Below are positions 58,320-64,000 of a stretch of 64,000 bases of DNA, in pieces. Source of the stretch: Promethearchaeota archaeon (lineage in GTDB: Archaea > Asgardarchaeota > Hermodarchaeia > Hermodarchaeales > Hermodarchaeaceae). A program made the position numbers and the translations under genes. The notes beneath the pieces were generated by a model. It saw only the letters and a list, made by a program, of their open reading frames with translations, had not been told where the DNA came from and ran no database searches. The stretch's first letter is position 1; each line of letters starts with the position of its first letter. The stretch covers positions 1 through 64,000 of the forward strand of contig JBHLPH010000004.1 of NCBI GenBank assembly GCA_048939625.1, in the 5' to 3' direction.

Positions 58320-58904
58320 TCAGTAGGTTTCGCAGAGCACTTGGAAGTATTTTCGTGCATGGAAACAGGAAGGACACTGTTCAGGTGGTTCTTCTCCTTC
58401 ATGGATGTACCCGCATTCCCGGCACACCCATTTGGTTGGTTGTTTCTTCTTGAAGACAGTTTTCGCTTCGACTTCTTTGAGGAGTTGGGTGTAGCGCGTG
58501 GCGTGGTGAACTTCTGCGTGGGCGATAGAGCGAACTTGTTTGGCAATTGCTTTGAACCCTTCCGCTTCAGCCGTGTCTGCGATTTCGGGATACATCTTAG
58601 TGTGTTCGTAGGTTTCGCCTTCGATGGCGGCTTTAAGATTGTCGATTGTTGTGCCGACTTTCAAGGGAGCGAGCGCGTCAACTGTGATTTCAGGCATAGG
58701 CTTGCCAGTTTGTTGCATGACAGTATGTGCAGCACGCCAAAAGTTTTTAGCGTGGACACGTTCATTATCGGCAGTAACATTGAAGATTTCGGAGATTTGT
58801 TCGTAACCTTCATTTCGGGCAATTTTTGAATAGATATTGTAGCGATTTCGGGCTTGACTTTCGCCGATAAAGGCTTGGACGAGTCCGATTAACGTTTTGG
58901 ACAT
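58320..58904 (-). CDS. rbr: Rubrerythrin
   Basis: AFIGESQARNRY, NERVHA, GETYE, AEVHH, WVCRECGY...CPSC.H. Confidence 0.96.
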   Translation of the reverse strand: MSKTLIGLVQAFIGESQARNRYNIYSKIARNEGYEQISEIFNVTADNERVHAKNFWRAAHTVMQQTGKPMPEITVDALAPLKVGTTIDNLKAAIEGETYEHTKMYPEIADTAEAEGFKAIAKQVRSIAHAEVHHATRYTQLLKEVEAKTVFKKKQPTKWVCRECGYIHEGEEPPEQCPSCFHARKYFQVLCETY

Positions 58905-59049
58905 AGGGTTCTAACCTCGTTGTTGTATCAATAGGAGTCTGGTTAAGAATCTTTGTGATTTCTAAGCGTTGGGATTTTATCTAAGCACATGGGTTTAAGA
59001 GGAGTGGCTATAGTAGAGAAACCACCCAGTGTAACTAGGAGATGCAAGT

Positions 59050-60609
59050 ATGCCTTCTGACGTGATAAAAAAGAAAATGAAGGAGCTCAACAAGCGCCTA
59101 GATAAAGCTCACCAAGGTGGCGGAAAAGAGCGGATTGAGAAGCAACATAAAACCGGAAAAATGACTGCCCGGGAACGGATTGACCGATTGCTGGATTCGG
59201 GGAGTTTTATGGAATTCGATGCCCTTGTCGAACATCGGTGCACAGAATTCAAAATGGACAAAAACAAAATCCCCGGTGATGGCGTCGTTACAGGCTACGG
59301 TACAATCGATGACCGTCTAGTGTTTGTTTTTAGCCAGGATTTCACCGTGTTTGGCGGAGCACTTGGCGAGATGTTCGGTGAAAAAGTCACCAAGATTATG
59401 GATCTCGCCCTTGAGGCAGGTGCACCCGTCATTGGATTGAATGATTCAGGCGGTGCACGGATTCAGGAAGGCGTAGCTAGCCTTGGGGCATATGGAGAGA
59501 TCTTTTATCGAAACGTTATTGCTTCTGGTGTTATTCCACAAATAAGCGCCATTATGGGACCCTGTGCGGGAGGTGCCGTGTATAGCCCTGCGGTCACTGA
59601 TTTTACGCTGATGGTAAAAAACACAAGCCGCATGTTTATCACAGGACCTAATGTCATCAAAGCCGTAACCGGTGAAGTCATTTCTTTTGAAGAACTGGGT
59701 GGAGCCATGGCACACAACATCAAAAGCGGTGTTGCACAATTTGCCGCAGAAAATGAGGAACATTGTCTCCAACTAATTCGCGACCTGCTATCCTATCTAC
59801 CATCTAACAACGTGGAAGATCCCCCTTATGTTGAACCTACCGATGACCCCCGACGGACGGACCCAGCGTTAAATGAACTACTTCCAGATGATACAACCAC
59901 GCCCTACAATATGAAGCAAGCCATTCTAAGTGTGGCGGATAACCACCAATTCTTGGAGGTCCATGAACACTTTGCTCAGAACATGGTAGTAGGCTTCATC
60001 CGCCTAAATGGTCATCCAGTGGGTGTGGTGGCAAACCAACCAAATTATCTGGCTGGAACCTTAGACATCAATGCGTCGGACAAATGTGCACGGTTTGTCC
60101 GGTTCTGTGATGCGTTTAATATTCCAGTCCTTACCTTTATGGATGTGCCAGGCTTTCTTCCAGGTGTAGATCAGGAACATCGCGGAATCATTCGACACGG
60201 AGCTAAGATTCTTTTTGCATATGCAGAGGCAACAGTGCCTAAGGTGACAGTGATTACCCGGAAAGCTATTGGAGGTGCGTATGTTGTGTTAGGATCTAAA
60301 CATCTTCGAGCAGATGTTGTCTATGCTTGGCCAACTACCGAAATGGCAGTTATGGGTCCTGAAGGCGCAGCGAATATTATTTTCCGTCGTGAAATCGAAA
60401 AATCCAAGGATCCAGAGGCGACCCGCGCTAAACGAATTCAGGAATACCGTGAACGCTTTGCGAATCCCTATTCGGGTGCAGTACGAGGATTCATCGATGA
60501 GGTCATTGAGCCTGCCATTACGCGGTCCCGTGTTATTGCAGCCCTTGAGATGCTGCGGACAAAACGCCAAGTGTTACCCAGAAAGAAGCATGGGAATTGT
60601 CCCCTCTAG
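59050..60609 (+). CDS. Acyl-CoA carboxyltransferase (PccB/MmdA/transcarboxylase 12S-like)
   Basis: [56 protein letters not shown]. Confidence 0.95.
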   Translation: MPSDVIKKKMKELNKRLDKAHQGGGKERIEKQHKTGKMTARERIDRLLDSGSFMEFDALVEHRCTEFKMDKNKIPGDGVVTGYGTIDDRLVFVFSQDFTVFGGALGEMFGEKVTKIMDLALEAGAPVIGLNDSGGARIQEGVASLGAYGEIFYRNVIASGVIPQISAIMGPCAGGAVYSPAVTDFTLMVKNTSRMFITGPNVIKAVTGEVISFEELGGAMAHNIKSGVAQFAAENEEHCLQLIRDLLSYLPSNNVEDPPYVEPTDDPRRTDPALNELLPDDTTTPYNMKQAILSVADNHQFLEVHEHFAQNMVVGFIRLNGHPVGVVANQPNYLAGTLDINASDKCARFVRFCDAFNIPVLTFMDVPGFLPGVDQEHRGIIRHGAKILFAYAEATVPKVTVITRKAIGGAYVVLGSKHLRADVVYAWPTTEMAVMGPEGAANIIFRREIEKSKDPEATRAKRIQEYRERFANPYSGAVRGFIDEVIEPAITRSRVIAALEMLRTKRQVLPRKKHGNCPL

Positions 60610-60732
60610 CGACAATTAACTAAAATTCAATATATCGCAGAGGATTTCAGACTCTACATAAGCTTATAACTCAGCCCTATGAAGGGAGTACAATACACCC
60701 CCGGCAGAGCTAGGGCGCTTCGGGAGAAATAC

Positions 60733-61293
60733 ATGATGAAATGTCCTCATTGTGGTGCAACTGTTAAAGAATTTGATACCTTTTGCTATGCCTGTGGCGC
60801 TGCCCTCGATTCAACTGAAAGTGAATTGGGAAAACCAGTAAGCAAAGCTGAGGAATTCAGCCCAGCGCCAAAGCCACCTCGATATGATTCGATGGATTTT
60901 AGTTTTGCAGGATTCTGGAAACGATTTGCCGCGTGGATAATCGATTTCATTCTTTTGTCCATCTTCGCGATTCCACTTTCCTTTATCTTGGCTTTTGTGC
61001 CTTTTCCTTGGGGATCGTTCATTTCGCTTCCGATTTCTATTTTGATTAGCCTCTTGTATTATGGGTTGCAGGAAAGCTCCGTGCATCAAGCGACCATTGG
61101 GAAACGGGCTCTCGGCATTATTGTAACAGATAATTATGGGAACCGTATAACCTTTGGTCGTGCAGCCGCCCGTGACCTTTCTAAGATTATTTCAGGTCTA
61201 ACACTTGGTATTGGCTTCTTGATCATTGGATTTACTGAGAAGAAACAAGGGCTTCACGATATGATTGTAGGTTGTCTAGTAATCAACAAGTAA
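60733..61293 (+). CDS. Zinc-ribbon + RDD family membrane protein
   Basis: CPHCG...CYACG; AGFWKRFAAWIID, QATIGKR, KKQGLHD. Confidence 0.9.
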   Translation: MMKCPHCGATVKEFDTFCYACGAALDSTESELGKPVSKAEEFSPAPKPPRYDSMDFSFAGFWKRFAAWIIDFILLSIFAIPLSFILAFVPFPWGSFISLPISILISLLYYGLQESSVHQATIGKRALGIIVTDNYGNRITFGRAAARDLSKIISGLTLGIGFLIIGFTEKKQGLHDMIVGCLVINK

Positions 61294-61444
61294 CCTCTAC
61301 TTCTTAGTCCTGATAGAAGCAGTGGCAGTTAACAGGGATGAATCCAACTTACGGATCACAGAAGCATGGACAGACAGAAGACTAAAAACTGGTAGTGATT
61401 ATTAGCACCTATCGCCCACCATGAGAAGGTGAAGTAATATCACC

Positions 61445-62956
61445 ATGACCACCACGGTTTCAAAACCCATCAAATTTACCGATACAACCTTTCGGGATGC
61501 ACATCAATCCTTACTCGCGACTCGTATGCGAACTGAAGATATGCTTCCGATTGCTGAGAAGATGGACAAGGTGGGCTTTAATTCCATGGAGGTCTGGGGA
61601 GGCGCCACTTTTGATGCCCCATTGCGATTCTTGAAGGAGAATCCCTGGGGGCGTCTCCGACAACTGCGAGCGGTCATCAAGAAGACGAAGCTGCAGATGT
61701 TATTAAGGGGACAAAACATTGTGGGGTATCGGCATTATCCCGATGATACCGTTCGTGAATTTGTGGAACTTGCTGCTCACAACGGCATCGATATCTTTCG
61801 CGTCTTTGACGCATTAAACGATCCTCGTAACATGAAAACAGCGTTAAAAGCAATTCACAAGGTTGGAGCACATGCCCAGCTTAGTTTTAGTTACACTATT
61901 AGCCCTGTGCATAATGTTGAATCTTTTGTAGAGCAGGCCAAGAACCTTGAAGCGATGGGAGCAGATTCAATCTGTATAAAGGATATGGCGGGTTTACTGA
62001 GTCCATTTATTGCCCGAGAACTCGTGATCCGCCTCAAAGAGGAAATCACAGTCCCGATTCAACTCCACTCCCATTATACTTCGGGCATGGCCAGTATGAG
62101 TTACCTTGAAGCAATCAAAGCTGGTGTGGATGTTGTCGATACCGCGATTTCATCCCTTGCTCAATCCACATCTCAACCCCCGCTAGAAACAATGGTTGCA
62201 GTCTTAGAAGGAACCCCATGGGACTCGCACCTAAATCTTGAGTTGCTGTCAGAAATCGCGGCTTATATCCATGATGTCCGGGAACGCTATGAAGCCTATG
62301 AATGCGGAATGGTGGGAGTTGACACGAATGTGCTACAATTTCAAGTTCCAGGTGGCATGATGTCCAACCTAATAAACCAGTTACGTGAACAAAACGCATT
62401 AGACCGTTTGCAAGATGTATTGGATGAAGTACCACGAGTACGAAAGGAAATGGGATATCCCCCGCTGGTAACCCCTTCTAGCCAGATTGTGGGCACCCAA
62501 GCGACACTGAACGTGTTATTAGGTGAACGCTACAAAACCATCCCTGAGGAAGTGAAACAGTATGTTCGTGGATATTATGGTCGCCCACCGGCCCCCATAG
62601 ATCCGAAAATTCAGAAACTCGTGATAGGTAACGAAGAACCAATTACGTGTCGTCCCGCGGATCTACTTGAACCTGCCATTCCCAAGGCACGTAAAGAGCT
62701 GAAAGGAATCACTTCCGAAATGGAAGATATCATTGCCTATATCCTATTTCCTCAACCTGCTCTCGAGTTCTTCGAACACCGTAAATCAAAGGAAGCCTTA
62801 GAGAAGCTTACACCAGAGATTTTGGCTGCAATCACGGCTGCACTCCTAGAAAAACAGCCTAACCAACCTCAAATGCCAAGTTTCCGTCGTCCAAACACAA
62901 ATGGAATTAATGCATGGGTTCTGGCAGGGCGACGAGAAGCAATGGGTTATGATTGA
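61445..62956 (+). CDS. Pyruvate/oxaloacetate carboxyltransferase (transcarboxylase 5S/OadA/PycB-like) without biotinyl domain, with epsilon/delta-like tail
   Basis: RDAHQSLLATRMR, EVWGGATFD, CIKDMAG, HSH, QVPGGM, YPPLVTPSSQIVG; tail EILAAITAAL...AWVLAGR. Confidence 0.93.
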   Translation: MTTTVSKPIKFTDTTFRDAHQSLLATRMRTEDMLPIAEKMDKVGFNSMEVWGGATFDAPLRFLKENPWGRLRQLRAVIKKTKLQMLLRGQNIVGYRHYPDDTVREFVELAAHNGIDIFRVFDALNDPRNMKTALKAIHKVGAHAQLSFSYTISPVHNVESFVEQAKNLEAMGADSICIKDMAGLLSPFIARELVIRLKEEITVPIQLHSHYTSGMASMSYLEAIKAGVDVVDTAISSLAQSTSQPPLETMVAVLEGTPWDSHLNLELLSEIAAYIHDVRERYEAYECGMVGVDTNVLQFQVPGGMMSNLINQLREQNALDRLQDVLDEVPRVRKEMGYPPLVTPSSQIVGTQATLNVLLGERYKTIPEEVKQYVRGYYGRPPAPIDPKIQKLVIGNEEPITCRPADLLEPAIPKARKELKGITSEMEDIIAYILFPQPALEFFEHRKSKEALEKLTPEILAAITAALLEKQPNQPQMPSFRRPNTNGINAWVLAGRREAMGYD

Positions 62957-62978
62957 CATTAAACATTGAGGGAAAGCA

Positions 62979-63560
62979 GTGACACGAAAATACAAACTAA
63001 CGGTCAACAGCAAAATCGTTGACGTCGAGGTTGAGGGTCCCATCAATGGAATCCTCATTGTTACTATAGGTGAGACTTCGTTTCCCGTGCAAATTAAAGA
63101 CGGTGATACTCAATTAGAAAAATTCGATATTAAAGTAGGCAACGTTAAACACACAATTAGCCTTACACCAAATCCCAATACCTCAGAATTCACGATTAAA
63201 ATCAATAAGGAAACCTATACCGCCTTCTTAGCTAGAGAATCTGTAACACCTTCCCGAAGCATTCGAGCACCAACAATTACTACTGCTCCAACTAGCTTCA
63301 CACCCTCCACTCAGCCTTCAACGGAACCACCCCAAGAATCCGCCGAACCAGGCACAGTAACCGCCCCCTTACCGGGACGTGTTCTCGAAGTCTGTGTAAA
63401 AGAAGCGGATGTCGTCAAACTCGGCGATGTCTTGCTGGTGTTAGAAGCTATGAAAATGGCAAACGAAATTCGCGCCCCTCAAGACGGAACTGTTAAACAT
63501 ATCCATGTTGAAGCTGGAACAGCTGTAGAAAAAGGACAGCCCATGATAAGCTTCCAGTGA
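62979..63560 (+). CDS. Biotin carboxyl carrier protein (1.3S-like)
   Basis: APLPG, LEAMKMANEI biotinylation motif, Pro/Thr/Ser linker, beta-rich N-terminal domain. Confidence 0.95.
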   Translation: MTRKYKLTVNSKIVDVEVEGPINGILIVTIGETSFPVQIKDGDTQLEKFDIKVGNVKHTISLTPNPNTSEFTIKINKETYTAFLARESVTPSRSIRAPTITTAPTSFTPSTQPSTEPPQESAEPGTVTAPLPGRVLEVCVKEADVVKLGDVLLVLEAMKMANEIRAPQDGTVKHIHVEAGTAVEKGQPMISFQ

Positions 63561-63658
63561 ATTGATTGCGATTAAAGCAACTCTGACACAATGAATCTGT
63601 GATGTGAGAAGCCTTTAAGAATAATCTTTGGGCAAACCAGTCTGGGGTATCGATAGGT

Positions 63659-63793
63659 ATGGCTTGCCCTATGTATGATGCCGAAAATAATGTATGCCAG
63701 CAACTTCAGCGAAACTTTCCTGAAGGTGCTCGAACTCCCTGTGAGTTCGTTAATGATCCTTCTCAATGTCCCATCTGTATGATGTGTTCATAG
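63659..63793 (+). CDS. Small 6-Cys protein (not in ORF track)
   Basis: MACPMYDAENNVCQQLQRNFPEGARTPCEFVNDPSQCPICMMCS* (44 aa); TTTAAG TATA-like box about 40 bp upstream. Confidence 0.65.
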   Translation: MACPMYDAENNVCQQLQRNFPEGARTPCEFVNDPSQCPICMMCS

Positions 63794-64000
63794 TCTGCAG
63801 ATGGGATTTATTTCCTTATCAGCTACTCAAGATACTATCTAAGCCTAAGTCCATCAAGTAGAGGTCAGATTGTCTATTGCCAAAACCATTAAAACCGCAG
63901 CATCCTAACTGAAGAAACAAGAGACCATTTCTCACATGGTCAGTTCCTTGTGATGGCGACGTCTGATGGAAATAAAAGAGAAGGAAACCGTATCCCAAAT

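Noticed and set aside
60672-60720. Hairpin containing ATGAA, SECIS-like at first sight
   Set aside because: The upper helix is too short and irregular, and no gene with a plausible in-frame Sec UGA is nearby.
189-63766. Numerous 60-190 aa ORFs overlapping or antisense to recognised genes
   Set aside because: They have no motifs and are explained as shadows of well-supported CDSs.
63817-63998. Open minus-strand frame running off the window end
   Set aside because: Too short and without motifs to call a gene.
1-64000. tRNA, rRNA, CRISPR arrays, transposases and integrases
   Set aside because: None recognised by eye in intergenic regions or ORFs; tRNAscan-SE, Infernal and a CRISPR finder would be needed to exclude them formally.

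Overview
This is a gene-dense archaeal chromosomal segment. Evidence: TATA boxes, GGTGA-type Shine-Dalgarno sites, form III RuBisCO, an archaeal thiolase+DUF35 pair, TrpB2 and a SAMP-like protein. A longin-like/TackOD1 fusion, a presenilin homolog and Ig-repeat surface proteins point to an Asgard-type anaerobic heterotroph (inference). Main contents: (1) a divergently split peptide ABC transporter whose binding protein is circularly permuted and whose OppC carries an inserted jelly-roll-like domain, followed by a GxGD presenilin; (2) RuBisCO, a two-subunit CoA-transferase and pyruvate kinase; (3) an AT-richer accessory patch with a solitary PD-(D/E)xK nuclease, a superoxide-reductase pseudogene and an HTH regulator with two palindromic operators; (4) NikR divergent from a HemN/MenK-like radical SAM gene that has a canonically spaced NikR operator at its start; (5) korAB and an hbd-crt-thiolase-DUF35 operon; (6) a B12/biotin methylmalonyl-CoA locus (adenosyltransferase, mutase, epimerase, BirA, and 12S-, 5S- and 1.3S-like subunits, with no biotin carboxylase or Na+-pump subunit in view), interrupted by a rubrerythrin-rubredoxin-PC4-desulfoferrodoxin cluster. 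The best candidate for an undescribed system is an archaeal transcarboxylase whose 5S subunit carries a fused epsilon/delta-like docking tail. Several small genes missed by the ORF track were read by hand: rubredoxin, a 44-aa Cys-rich protein, a 51-aa Zn-ribbon protein and a 56-aa membrane protein. No rRNA, tRNA, CRISPR array or IS element was recognised. All family calls come from motif recognition, not database searches.
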